Of a DNA stretch of 64,000 nucleotides, positions 1 through 13,175 are shown in pieces. Every line of letters begins with the position of its first letter. Within the stretch, counting starts at the first letter, position 1. The notes under the pieces are model-generated. The model was given only the letters and a program-made list of their open reading frames with translations, was not told the DNA's origin and ran no database searches. Origin of the DNA: Flaccisagitta enflata (Eukaryota); NCBI GenBank assembly GCA_965153355.1, contig OZ231126.1, forward strand, positions 45,694,001 to 45,758,000. The letters are read 5' to 3'. The translations under genes were made by a program, and so were the position numbers.

Positions 1-272
1 CAGTTTTTCTTCAGCTTTTTTCCCTTTCTTTTTCTCGCTTATGTCATTGAATGACGACATTGCCATTCCAACTGAACGTAAAAAGCTAGGCCTTTTCTCT
101 CTCTCTCTCTCTCTCTGTCGTTTTCATTTGACGTATGGGTCATCGTCCGTTCGGTCATCTTTACGTTTTGCCTCTTTTTGCCGATCAATAACCCTCACAT
201 GCGATGGAAAAGGATCGTCAAAAATTCATCTGCAATAAAACGCCACTTTATCATATATGAATCAAACACGTA

Positions 273-344
<72 letters not shown>

Positions 345-1394
345 CGCGTGACGTTTCCTGTCTTTCTCGCGAATCTTGACCTTCAGTCAATCTCATCCAT
401 TTTTACCTCGACCACTTGGATTCCCTCAATTGAGCACCCCCTCCAACATGGCCTCTGTTGAACCCATTCCTCCCACCTTCCTTCTTCTTCCTCCCTCTCT
501 TCTCCCCCCCCCCCCTTCTCTCTATCACATCAACCCTCAAGAGAGCGATGTACCTTTCAGCTGAATCCGAGGTCGACTGTACGGAAAAACGATGAATAAG
601 ACATCCGTGATCGTTTTTCGCCTCTTTGACCAATACAATCTGAGCCCGACTCCCAATCTGAGCCCACATCTCCCCCATCCCCGCAGAGACAGCCTTTCTT
701 TGAACCTGCTTCCAGCCGAAGCTCCTGCTGCGACATATTCTTTTTTTCTATCCCCCCAACTCCCCCTTAGAACCCACGCAGTAGCATTAAGAGTCCCCTT
801 TGACCACTGATCCGTTCTTTGCGGATCAGAAAGTTATTCCCCCGCTGAACGATCAGAATGGTTAGAGCGATTTACTCTTTTGAATATTTGAGTTTGTCAT
901 AAATCAATCGCTTTGTAATTTAACTCTCTTGCCTCCACTTATTTTTTCGTCTCGCCTCTGAAAATACTCTCGCTACTGACGCTGTCAGATGAGTCATCGC
1001 ATCTCCGATTGTCTGTCACTCGGGTGGTTATTTTTTGGGCACATGGCTATTTTCGTTACATCGTTCCGTCGCTCCGTCACTGATGTTCACATTTTCTTGT
1101 GTGTGTGTTCGCTGCCCCTGTCGACCGTTTGCGTCGGTAGATCTACGATGTTATCTTAGGTTGTGAAATCGGCTTTGTCCGCCGATGGACTAGTTAAGCC
1201 TTGGTAAACGTCTGAATAATTCTCACGACCAATACTTAATACTTTCCAAGGAAGAGGGGAGGTAATTAACAATGGACCTTGATCGCACATTGAATTACCC
1301 ATACCGTCGTTAGGAAAAAAAGACTTAGGCGCCATGGAGGGTCAAGAAAAAGGAGCAAAATAAAGGTCAAAAGATGTGTGACCAAAAAATGGAC

Positions 1395-1438
<44 letters not shown>

Positions 1439-1623
1439 ATTATCAATGCTAACTGCGCACTTTCTAGTGTCATTGCCATTATCCACGACTGGATTTTTCT
1501 CCTGCGTTTCCCTTATTTAAACAAATGGTTATCGTCTGATAGGAAATTTGATCCACGTATCATATCAAATAATCAAATAATGATCAAAAAAGTAAGCCGA
1601 CTCTCTTTGCACTTGTGCCTCTC

Positions 1624-1731
<108 letters not shown>

Positions 1732-2049
1732 AATCTCATGTAAATGGCTACGGTGGTGCCCACATTTGAGAAGTTGATAGCTAAAGCTTTTGTGCCAATG
1801 AAGAAATATATTTGTAAGGCTTTTGGTGAATGAAGCCATCGACATATTCCCCGGACGGTGCCTGTATCATTGTGTAATTGCCGTGTCCCGGAGCGGATTG
1901 ATGACTATTATTTGCAAACATAACCCGGATTTATTCAGGAATGTTTACTTTGACGAATCCTCTTCCCAACTTTCGTATTTGTCCCGAAGTCTACGATTTT
2001 TTCAAACATTTTAAGTTGAGATGTTGATTCTCTCTCACACAAAAACACA

Positions 2050-2135
<86 letters not shown>

Positions 2136-3397
2136 TTCACTTTCCAGAGAATTCGATTGAGGGCAGCACTCGCGTCTTTTACCTGCGCAATACGTTCACC
2201 TGTTGGCTTTCCTCTTTCTCCTCTTCCTTTGCTTTCTCTCAATTCCTCTCTTCCTCCTCCTCCTTATCCTTTTTTTCGCTACCTTGCGTCTTTTCGCAGG
2301 TTCCACCTGCATAATTGGGATTTCAAGATTCTCACCTTGTTTCTCTATTTTCTCTTTTCTCTTTCCCCTTTGGCTCAAAAATACGAAAAAGAGGTTTCTG
2401 GTGGCTTCGTAAGTTTGTTAGGGCGGGGGAATCCCCTTAGTGAGACGATTTTTTTCCCTTAAGTGAGAAACAAAAAAATTCCCTTCAGTGAGACCAAAAA
2501 AAGTGTCTCACTAAAGGGAAAAAAATGTAGTCTCACTGGAGGGAATTTTTTCTCACTAAAATTCCCTTTAGTGAGACAAAAAAGGAGGAAAGTGGAGGAA
2601 ATTCCCCCCAGTGAGACGACGCAAAGAAAATAGCAGATACTCATAACAAGAGTCTCCCTCTTTATACTTACAACAAGATGGCGACAGTCGCGTGCTCATT
2701 TTTGCAACTACACATCTTCCCTCACCCATTCCTCCCATCCACCCTTCCTACCATTTTGACCTCCCTTACTTTCATTCCCTACTTGGTTACGACCTTCCTT
2801 CCTTCTTTCTCTTCTTTAGTTCCTCCCTTTCCTCCCTTTCTTCATTCCTTCCTTCCTTCTGGACCGATGACTCATGCTTGCATATTTGATTCCCAGGACG
2901 CATTTGTTGATTCTTTCTTGCCATTTCTCCCTTTCTGCCTTCCTTCCTTCCTTTTTCTTTTCAATCCTACCCTCCTCCCTTTTTCAGCAGCGACATTAAA
3001 AAGCCGATATACTGTAGTAAACAAAGGTGAATTTCCAGATGTCTGTCCCTCCATCCAAAATCACCCCTGTCATGCTTGTAGTAAGCCATCCCTTGTTTAA
3101 AATTTGCCCTCTCATGCCTCTAATCTGACCTTTCTGGCTTCAATCTCGCCTTCAGATTACCCTCTCAGGCTTCGAATCTGCCCTCTTGCATCATATTGGC
3201 TCTCTTATGAGGCTTTGAGTCAGAGAAGTAGACTGGCTTCCATCTCCTATCATTGGATCAGACCGAGTACTCATGGATATTCAGAGGAGATTGCCTGGTA
3301 CTAATATCTAATTTTTTAGGTAGATTGAATCTTTGAACTACACAGGCTTGTCAAACTTAGAAAAAAAAAAGTCATCGGGTGATGTTTCTGTTGTTTT

Positions 3398-4948
3398 TTA
3401 GTCGCGTGCACGCGACTCTATAACCCGCTCTGTCGGTCCGTCCGTTGGTCCGTCCGTCCGTCCGTCCGTCCGTAACACTTTGCTTTTTTTTGTCGTTTTA
3501 CGCCATTTTAGGGTATTTTACATCATTTTAAGTGATTTTAAGTCATTCTACGTTATTTCCAGTCATTTTCAGTGAATTTTAGTCACTTAAGTCATTTTGT
3601 CATTTTTTGTCATTTTTGTCATTTTATATCATTATAAGTCATTTTAAGTCATTCTTAGTCATTCTAAGTTATTCTAAGTCATTCTAAGTCATTACAAGTC
3701 ATTACAAGTCATTCTAGATCATTCTAAGTCACTCTAAGTTATTTTTTGGCTTTTGTAGTTTTTAGTAACACTTTGCTTTTTTGCGTCGTTTTTGGTCAAT
3801 TTTGGTCGTCTGGAGTCATTTTGAGTCATTTTTTTGTTGTTTTTGGTCATTTTTGGTTGCGTTTAGTTATTTTTGGTTGCTTTTAGTCATTTTTGGTCAT
3901 TTTTGATCATTCATGTCACTTTGTACATTTAAACCATTTGTGTCATTTTTGGGCATTAAAAATAGTTTTAAGTCATTTTAAGTCATTTTGGAACATTTCA
4001 GGTCATTTTTGGTCATTTAACATGGTTTTTTGGTTTTTGGTTTGTTTTTTTTTTTTTTTGGTTTTTGTTTTTTTTTTTTGTTTTTTTGTTTTTTGTTTTT
4101 TGTTTTTGGGTTTTTGGGTTTTTTGTTATTTTAATTTTTTTTTTAATTTTTTTGTTTTTTTATTTTTTGGTCATTTATGTTTTTTGGTATGTTATGGTCA
4201 TTTATGTTTTTTGGTATGTTTTTGTCATATATGTCATGTCAAGTCTGCTGTTTTCAAGTTGGCTGATTAAAGTGTCCTGGTTTAAGTCTGCTGGTCAAGT
4301 CTGCTGGTTTAAGTCTGCTGGTTTAAGTTGGCTGGTTTAAGTTGGCTGGTTTAAGTTGGCTGGTTTAAGTCTGCTGGTTTAAGTCTGCTGGTTTAAGTCT
4401 GCTGGTTTAAGTCTGCTGGTTTAAGTCTGCTGGTTTAAGTCTGCTGGTTTAGGTCTGCTGGTCTAAGTCCTCTGGTTTAAGTCTGCTGGTTTGAGTCTGC
4501 TGGTTTGAGTCTGCTGGTTTGAGTCTGCTGGTTTGAGTCTGCTGGTTGAAGTATGCTGGTTTAAGTATGCTGGTTTAAGTATGCTGGTTTAAGTCTGCTG
4601 GTTTGGGTCTGGTTTGAGTCTGGTTTGAGTCTGGTTTGAGTCTAGTTCATGTCTGGTTTAAGGCTGGTTTAAGTCTGGTTTATGTCTGGTTTATGTCTGG
4701 TTTATGTCTGGTTTATGTCTGGTTTATGTCTGGTTTATGTCTGGTTTTGGTCTGGTTTACATCTGGTTTTGGTCGGGTTTAGGTCTGGTTTAATTCTGGT
4801 TTGAGTCTGGTTTGAGTCTGGTTTTAGTCTGGTTTGAGTCTGGTTTGGGTCTGGTTTAACTCTAATTTTCGATAAAAAGATAGAATAAGGAGTCAGGTCA
4901 GTTCAGTTATTTTTGTCCTGCACGCGACTTATAAGTGTTGGCCTTGTT
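3398..4948 (+). mobile_element. DINE-1/HINE-like (Helentron-associated) element with expanded internal satellites
   Basis: T-run, 5' palindrome AGTCGCGTGCACGCGACT, (GTCC)n, internal tandem arrays, 3' subterminal GCACGCGACT, then GGCCTTG-TTTT. No TSD. Nested in 2425-5650. Confidence 0.8.
4243..4860. repeat. 15-bp (TCTGCTGGTTTAAGT) then 11-bp (TCTGGTTTAnG-type) tandem arrays
   Basis: Directly visible tandem units inside the HINE-like element. Confidence 0.9.
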
Positions 4949-5282
4949 TTTAAATAAAAAAGGCAAAAGTGCCTATGTTGTTGGACTTGAAGACAGTTTA
5001 AGTTGTCAACAAGTGAGTAGTAGATTGGCTTCCACCAAAATCTTTGACCTACAATACGTTCTCATGAAATTTCAAAGGAGATTGACTACTTTTTGAACAT
5101 CAAATCCTTAACCTACACAGGTTTATCATGGTTGTCCAAATAGATTAAAGAAATCAAGAGCATTTTGTGATATATCTAATCTGAAACACTGTTGAACTAT
5201 GAGTGGCTTCTGTATTACCGCCCCTTCACAACTGTCTGCAATTAGGATGCCATGTATCTCATTTTTTTTTACCACGCAACGC

Positions 5283-5382
<100 letters not shown>

Positions 5383-5888
5383 TTTCTTACTCTTTCTCTC
5401 TCTCTCTCTTTCTCTCTCTCTTCTTTTTTTACTTTCTTTCCTTTTTCTCTTTCCTTTTTCTCTTTCCTTTTTTCCTTTCTCACTAAAGGGAAAAATTAGT
5501 CTCACTAGAGGGAAAAATGGTAGTCTCACTGGAGGGAATTTTTTCTCACTAAAATTCCCTTTAGTGAGACAAAAAAATAATCTCACTGGAGGGAATTTTA
5601 GTGAGAAAAAATTCCCTCCAGTGAGAAAGTCGCACTAAGGGTACCCACCCGTTAGGGCTGATAAGGCTCAGCTCAGTCGCTACCTGATCCAATCGATCTT
5701 GGGGACTTTTTGTTGTCTTAAATTATTGTTGGAAGATTAGTATCATAAAATGATGATATAAATCAAAATCCAAACGGAGAAAGCGTCGAAGGCCATAAAT
5801 CCACTTGTAGAGGGACATGACGTGATGGTTGATTTCATCTTGCAAATCAACCCACGCATCTTGGACCCGCTCTGAAATTCGTATTTCT

Positions 5889-6003
<115 letters not shown>

Positions 6004-6218
6004 CATCCACCGCCATTTTCTTTCTCTCTTTTTACTCTTCTTTCTATTCTAGACGTTGATGTCTTTACCTTGTTTCCATTCTTTGGAATTCAATGGAATC
6101 CAATGGGACGGAATGTCATGTGCTCTACTCGGCCCGTCTCTAAGTCGTTCCGGTAACGCGTTTCTCACTTTTCTTTAACGCTTTTTCCTTCATCTTCCTT
6201 TACATTTTGCCTCAACTA

Positions 6219-6521
6219 CCATCTTCGAAAAAAAAGGTTTCCACCTGATAAGAAGCATCAACTTAGGAAGAGTGCTGCTCCTACAATAATTAAGCTACAG
6301 TATTTAGTTTGCGCCCGCTTTGAAGAGTTTTTTTTTTACTCTTTAAACCACGACCAATCTTGGGGCTGTAGATCTATTTATGTAGATTTAGCATTCCTCC
6401 CAAGTTGATGCTTCAAATTTTTAAACCACAACCAATCTAGGGTTTGTAGTTTTGTTTAAGAGCAGCAAATCTCCAAAGTTGATGCTTGTTCTTGGGTAGA
6501 AACCAATCTTTTCGAAGATAG
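6219..6521. mobile_element. MITE with TA TSD (Tc1/mariner-like)
   Basis: TA-CCATCTTCGAAAA ... TTTTCGAAGATAG-TA. Inverted similarity continues inward (AAGCATCAACTT / AAGTTGATGCTT). Confidence 0.6.
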
Positions 6522-6749
6522 TACTTTTACCTCCTTATTTTCATCGTCCACCTTCTTTTCCTTCTCCACCCTTTTCTCATCCACCTTCCTCCTCTCTTCT
6601 TCTAACTTCCACCGTCATTCTATACCTCCTTCTGCACGGCCGCCCTCCTGTCATTCTTCAATGGAATGAAATAAGAGATTTGCCATTGCGTCGTTTTCTG
6701 GACGTTCTATTTCTAACGCCTTCTTGCCTTCTTCAGACTTCGTGGGAAA

Positions 6750-7235
6750 AGGTAGTTGGCGGTTGCACCTCGGGCAGTTGGTGGTTGCATCTCGGGCAGT
6801 TGGTGGTTGCTCCTTGGCACATGGGTTTATTAGAGCATACTGGAGGCAAATTCTATCCAACCACCAACCAAAACCGTCACGAACACCCCTAAAATCATCC
6901 AAACACCTAAATCACTAGCTTGGTTAGTCGGTGGTTACACTTTGCGCAATTGTTGGTCGTGCCAAGGACAGTAGGTGGTTGCACCGTTCGCAATTAGTGG
7001 TTGCACCTCGGGAAATGTGGTGGTTGTACCGAGGACAGTTGATAGTTGCACCAAGGACAGTTGGTTGTTTGCAGAATGACGTAAGTGTGGAACAGTGGGT
7101 AGTTGTTCCAAAGAAAGTTGGTAGTGGCACTATGGGCTACTGTTGTTTGCATCATAAAAGTGCCACCAACTGCTCATGATGCATGACTCGGTGGTGGTAT
7201 CTTTTCAAGGCAAATGGTAGTTGCGCCTTGGTTTG
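6750..7235. repeat. Degenerate ~22-bp minisatellite (GGTGGTTGCACCTCGGGCAGTT-like)
   Basis: Recurrent GGTGGTTGCAC...CAGTT units of decreasing identity. Confidence 0.65.
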
Positions 7236-7755
7236 CCAATCGTACAGATTAGAAATAGTTTATCGAAGTGGAGTTATAGTCTGAGATCGATAAATATGGT
7301 AATGTAGGAAATTCATTAAGTCATTTGGAGGTTGTTGGATTTGCGAGGTGATAATTTTTCTGTGGGTTAGGAAATTAGAAAAAGTTACTATAAGCACCAT
7401 GTTTTCTGACTAAAAGAATGACCCAGACGAAAACGGCAATCGAAGATATTCGATGACATTGTAAATTTGTAATGTTCATATCATAGTTTGAACAAGTTAA
7501 AAGATTTTAACATCTTTTAACATTACACACGCAATGGTGTTTATACATTGGGTTTTCAATATCACGGAGCATTCCGGGAATTTGCGTTGGATTGGTCAGG
7601 TCATTTCGGGTCATTGCGTGTCGAGGGTCATTCAGGGTCTCTTGGAAGTAAGATTTCAGTGTCAGAATTGAACGATGCCCATTCAGAGACCCATAGAATT
7701 TCGTACCTTGGCAATTTGACGCGCACGAGACGCGCGTGAAAGAAAATTGACAGAG

Positions 7756-7839
<84 letters not shown>

Positions 7840-8031
7840 ACACATACACACACTCACACACAGACGACAGACAGGCAACGATTCAGACAGGTAGACAAAC
7901 CGACAAGTTGAAAGACAGACAGAAAGATAGACAGAAAGATAGACACACACAGACAGATAGATAGACAGTTAGACAGAAAGACAGATAGACAGACAGACAG
8001 ACGGTGAGACAGACAGAGTGATTGACAGACT

Positions 8032-8075
<44 letters not shown>

Positions 8076-8233
8076 GGCAGACTGACAGACAAACAGACAT
8101 GGATTTGAATGGTATGGGAGAGGCAGTGTTGGACAACAGGAGTGTGATAAAAAGCGGTTAAAATTGGATTTCAAATGAACAGCGGTAGAACCAAACTAGC
8201 TATCATACAGGTCATTATTAAAATTTCCAATTT

Positions 8234-8425
8234 AACAAGGCCGGATACACGGCTACCCTAGTCGCGTGCGGGTGGGCAGGGCAGTGCTTTAGAAGGTCAC
8301 TAGGGCATCTGGGCAGGAGCTGTTTGCTCAAAAGATCAAAAACGCCGAAAAAGTAAAAAGGGGACCAACCGACCGACCGACCGACCGACATAGCGGGGTG
8401 TAGAGTCGCGTAGCACGCGACTAAA
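8234..8425 (-). mobile_element. Short HINE-like element
   Basis: AGTCGCGTAGCACGCGACT-AAAA at right end, (GACC)n, AACAAGGCCGGATACACGGC hairpin plus AGTCGCGTG subTIR at left end. Confidence 0.8.
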
Positions 8426-8878
8426 ATCGTAGCTAATACTTTAAGGAGATCTAAAGGAAATAGCTACGTTTTTAATAATGACCCGTTAAAATACATTGTG
8501 TTGTTACAATAAACTTTCATGAATAGAAACTTGACTAAAAAGTTGATTGTCCGTGTTGGGTGATTCAGGAAGTGTTTCCGTATCTTGGGCGGTTGACAGG
8601 AGGTGGCGTGCACCAGCAGCATTTCATGTATTCTCCCAGATGTGATACAGTTGCGCTTGACTATGATTGAAGCTTTTATCAAGAACTCCCCCTTCTATCG
8701 AAGCAAACGGAATCATTGCATCGGCTACGTACCAACATTAGCGCACAACTAAGTTAGCATTGAACTGAGTTTTCCTGATGAATGATGGCTGATGAGTGAT
8801 GACTCATGAAGTGTGTAGAAATCGTAACGTTTGTTTTCTTTTTTTCTTTTTTTCTTAAAGGTCTTGGGTTCTTTCTTT

Positions 8879-9063
8879 TTAGTCTCGTGCTCGCGACTCT
8901 ACGACCCGCAATGTCGGTCAGCCGGTGGCCGTTAGTTTTTTTTGCGTTTTTGGGCGTCTTTTGCATTACTGCCAGTGCCCAAATGGTTGAGTTAGCATGT
9001 TTGCTTACTACCCCTGCCCACCCGCACGCGACTTCGGTAGCCGTGTGTGTATACGGCCTTGTT
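8879..9063 (+). mobile_element. Short HINE-like element
   Basis: TTTT-AGTCTCGTGCTCGCGACT ... CACGCGACT, hairpin GCCGT..ACGGC, CTTGTT. Confidence 0.75.
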
Positions 9064-9401
9064 CTTCCTCATCTTCTTTTTGGGCGAACCTCTAGGCCGT
9101 CTGCCTGTATGTCTGTCATTATGTGGGTAGGCCGGCAGATTCTCAGCGTGGTCGATAAAACAACCTTTTCCGTTTTCAACTAATGTATTTTCATGTCAAT
9201 ATTCCAATTTCGAAGGAATTATCAAAATCCATTCACTCATTCAAAAGTTATGACCCAAAACTGCCGTCAATCCCACCCTGAAACTTGGGACCGGATCGAA
9301 CGTGATTAACTAAAACGAAAGCAGCCGCATGCGGATGAATACAGAGGAAGAATTCTCCCCATAAAAAAATGAGCTTACCGTACTCGAGCGATACACGTAG
9401 C

Positions 9402-9516
9402 TAGGAATGTGGAAGCGGTAGATTTTAATGCCGCTTCCGCTTCCATTTTGTAATACAAATACTAGTAGCTATCCCATCCTCCAAAACGGAAGGGGTCAAT
9501 CACTTCCACATCCCTA
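9402..9516. mobile_element. 115-bp hAT-like MITE
   Basis: 8-bp TSD CACGTAGC (9394-9401, 9517-9524). TIR TAGGAATGTGGAAGCG / revcomp TAGGGATGTGGAAGTG. Confidence 0.85.
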
Positions 9517-10206
9517 CACGTAGCATAGATTAATGCTAAATTAGGAGAAGACGTCATTCTACGCGCTCAGATCGCCTCTTATTCTTTGAGAGACACGAAA
9601 CTCGCTTATTACAGATAACGTGGATAGACACCCGGAGGAAGAGATAGACGGAATGGGACACAAGACCAGAGAGAGAGAGAGAGAGAGAGAGCGCGCGAAA
9701 GCGCCATAGCTAGTGTTCGAGACCTCTCAAATGAGTCTGAAGAAGTCAGGTCTGTCCATCGAAAATACGATTGGAAACACGTTGAAGATGCAAATTTGGC
9801 GCAGCTTAACTTTCTCTCTAACTATTAGGCTTGCCTAAGTCACTGAATCAGGGCTGTCAGACTGTCTGGCTAAGTATACCTGAGGTCGGAACCAGGGTAT
9901 TCGACCAATGTCGCATTTGGGTGCTTCACGTAGCAAAAGTTTGGAGAATACCTTCTCCTCACTTGAAGGATATAGGATGACTAAAAATAATTAAAAGTAA
10001 TAAAAAAAAGTCAGACGAGTGAACTGACAGAGACAAAAGTTGTTGAGTTGCGTGCATGTGACTAAAAAACTATTTATTCTAAAGAAAAATAATGATGCTT
10101 GTTAAAATCTAATAAGATTTTAAAACATACTGTAGAAGAGCTTACTTTAAAAATATATTAACAATTTAATAAGGAGAAAAAATTATTGATAGCTAATTTT
10201 GAGTAA

Positions 10207-10791
10207 AACACCTGTCCCACAAATATTGTCAAAAGATCAAATAACTGTCAAATCTAAACGGAGATAATTAACTATATACAATTTTTTCCTCCAGTTAGAG
10301 CTTTAAAAACTCTTTATTTTGCTCATGAATTTTACCTAAATTGCTTCATTCTAAATAAAATGAAACAAAAACCAGTAGAAAGCTTCCCTATGCAAATGAA
10401 TGAAAAATTACCAGGAAAATGTTGTCATCTTCAAATGTCTACCAAATTTATATAAAGATAGATAATGAGATGCGTATTTCCCGACTAAAAAGCTTATAAA
10501 AATTTTTTTATTTGCTCATGGATTTTAACTAAATTCTTTAACAAAAAGGTTTTCAAAATTCAAACTAAATCGAAGTTAAATTGATACTTAGGTATTGCTA
10601 ACTGATGGTCAAGAGGCGGTAAAATTAAGAATGGGCAACCAAATCATAGCAAAGTCAGAAAATTGGAATGGAATATACCAGAAAAAATGTGACTGATATC
10701 CAATTCTAAGTATTTGAAATATTTTTTACCAGCAGTAATGAAGCATATACAGTTGTAACACAGACTTGACAATAATTGTGGGACAGGTGTT
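10207..10791. mobile_element. MITE with 26-bp TIRs, TSD not resolved
   Basis: AACACCTGTCCCACAAATATTGTCAA and TTGACAATAATTGTGGGACAGGTGTT (1 mismatch). Confidence 0.65.
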
Positions 10792-10996
10792 ATCAGCCCT
10801 TATCCCACTGCATTATATAAATTAGATCCTAAAAATAAATTTGCTAATAAAAAATGAATGATTTTTTATAAAAATAAAATAAAAAAAAATTAAGTGATGA
10901 GAGTAAAAAAAAACAACTTTTGCTATGTGAAGCACCCAAACGCAAAAGTAAGACTGACAAATAAGACTGATTTTTATGAAAAAACGCTTTGCAGTA

Positions 10997-12104
10997 CAGT
11001 ACGATGGGAGCAAAGATGACCTGGACTGGAGGATAGATTTTAAGTATTTTAATTTTATTTGATGTATAAAAAAATTAACATATATGCTAATTAAAAGTTG
11101 CTCTATTGCTTGAATTTATTGGCTTTTCTCATTCTTCAACTTGTACAGTAGATGTCGTCTAGACTTGGAAATACGGGGGAGCTCATAACCTGAGCATCAG
11201 TATAGTGAGGGGATTGATATTTTGCTGATAGAATGTATAGACCCTAAGGGGTTGACGATGGGGTATGGCATCCCCCTACGGCTTACCCTAGGAAAAAAAC
11301 TTTAAGTATAAAATTTTAGGTTCAATCACTTTTTTTGCAGAATTTCAGCTTCATCCATTTGCTTAAAGTGCAAAACCAGCCTGGGATGCGAACTTGGAAC
11401 CTTTGACTGAATAAACTGATCAAGATAAACCTGAAGTCAAGTGAGTTAACCACTAGGCCAATTCCAGAAGCTGATTCAACCAAGCGAATTAGATGTATTA
11501 TATTCAAAAGAATTTTCTATTAACAGAGCTGCAATACCCCATCGTCAACCCTATAGGACATAAGCATTATACACACACAGTTTCATTTCATTTACACAAA
11601 TGGTAATCAGGATATGAGGGCCCCCGTATTTCCAAGTATAGACGACATCTACTGTAACTTGACTTAATCAGGACTTCATTTTTCAATGTTCTAACTTAGC
11701 TCATCAGATTAAGCAAAAAATTTTATATAATTTTAAAAAAAATCAGCTCAATTGTACTATTTTTAAAGGTTTTATTCCTGTTTAAAGTTTTACCCAAATA
11801 TTAATTTAAATAATTATTCTTCTTGAAAAATAACTTTAAAACCTGTAAAAATAGTCCGATTAAGCTGATTTTTTTTGTAAATTATATAAAATTTTTAGCT
11901 CAATCTGAAGGGCTAGATTAGAATATGAAAAATAAAATCCTGATGAAGTCATGTCACAAGTTGAAGAATTAGAAAAGCTAACATATTCAAGCAATAAAGC
12001 AACCTTCAATTACCATAGATCTTTAATTTTTTTCATAAATCAAATCAAATAAAATACCTAAAATCTATCCTCCAGTCTAGGTCGTCTTTGCTCCCATCGT
12101 ACTG
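10997..12104. mobile_element. Foldback-type MITE, CAGT termini, TA TSD (Tc1/mariner/pogo-like)
   Basis: TA-CAGTACGATGGGAGCAAAGA ... TCTTTGCTCCCATCGTACTG-TA. The arms are palindromic over most of the length once the nested insert is removed. Confidence 0.85.
11146..11654. mobile_element. Nested MITE, CAGT termini, TA TSD
   Basis: TA-CAGTAGATGTCGTCTAGACTTGGAAATACGGGGG ... CCCCCGTATTTCCAAGTATAGACGACATCTACTG-TA. Confidence 0.9.
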
Positions 12105-12398
12105 TAACTGTTTACTTCTCCAAATTCCTTCTCTCAAGTTCAAAAACAAACACAAAAGAAAACACGATTAAAAGCCTAGAACAAATTTGTGATGAACAGA
12201 CCAGCTGTCAGGACAACAGACTGACCTTATGGATGCCTTAAACCCATTTGAAATGTCTTTAATAATGACTTTGACCAACTAAATAGGCAACATTTCCTGA
12301 CTAAAAAATTATTAAAAAGAACAAGATACTTCCGTGACACTTATTTTCACAAACAGTATACAATCAGTTAACACTTTAAACTAACATCAATTTTGCAG

Positions 12399-12690
12399 TT
12401 AACAGATCCAACTCGATGTCGACAAATCCCTGGCAGGAGGTGGAGGAGGAAGAGGAGGAGAAAGAGGAGCCGCCAAAGTGAACAAATCTAATTGTGACGC
12501 CACATGTAGATGGGAGGCGGGGGTAGGTTCTGGGTTGGTTAAACTCCCAAAAATACATTCATTTGTGGGATATAAATTTATAAAAATGATTTCCTGAGAA
12601 TCTCCACCAATTTCGGCCGGCTGCTGCTTTAACAATCTATAGAATGAGTTGTTCCAATGTTCCAAGCTCCTCAACCGATGGACAGCATCC
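12399..12690 (-). pseudogene. Diverged duplicate of the candidate terminal exon at 16475-16590
   Basis: Similarity starts exactly at a good acceptor (ttctctttctttcattgtcag|GGATGCTG). Shares W[N/D]NSFYRLLKQQ..IGG.SQE. Has an extra TTGGAACA repeat and CGA>TGA in the frame used by the other copy. Confidence 0.45.
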
Positions 12691-12737
12691 CTGACAATGA
12701 AAGAAAGAGAATCATTTATCCGTACTGACCCATATGA

Positions 12738-13175
12738 AACAAGCCATCCAAAGATCGCACATGGTTAGCGGTACCCGATGCCCTGCTTGGAGTGATTAGC
12801 CAAAGAAGTGGAGTGAGAACAGGGCAGCGGCCCTAAAGCGCCGATGTCTTGTAGGACACAGGGTCGAATTTCCATACGTACTGAGAGGATATATTTGAGG
12901 GCTTAGAAGCAATTTCCCATGGCCATGCTATTCAATGGGAATTTTATATTTTTTTTTCATTTTATCAATGTTCTATGTTTTTTTTTTTTACTTTTTTGTA
13001 AGATTTCTTTGTTATTCAATGGGAAGTTTGCATTATATCAATTTTCCATGTAATTCAATGGAAATTTGAGGCTTGAGAAGCTTCGAGGGGGGGGGGACAG
13101 ACGTTTGAACGGACGTACGGACGGACGTATGGAAATTACCCCCTGTGTCCTACAGTACATTGGCCCTTTGGGGGC
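12738..13175 (-). mobile_element. HINE-like family B element (long subterminal inverted repeats)
   Basis: GGGCAGCGGCCC..GCCGATGTCTTGTAGGACACAGGG is inverted against CCCTGTGTCCTACAGTACATTGGCCC. Conserved tail ATGGTTAGCGGTACCCGATGCCC. Confidence 0.65.
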
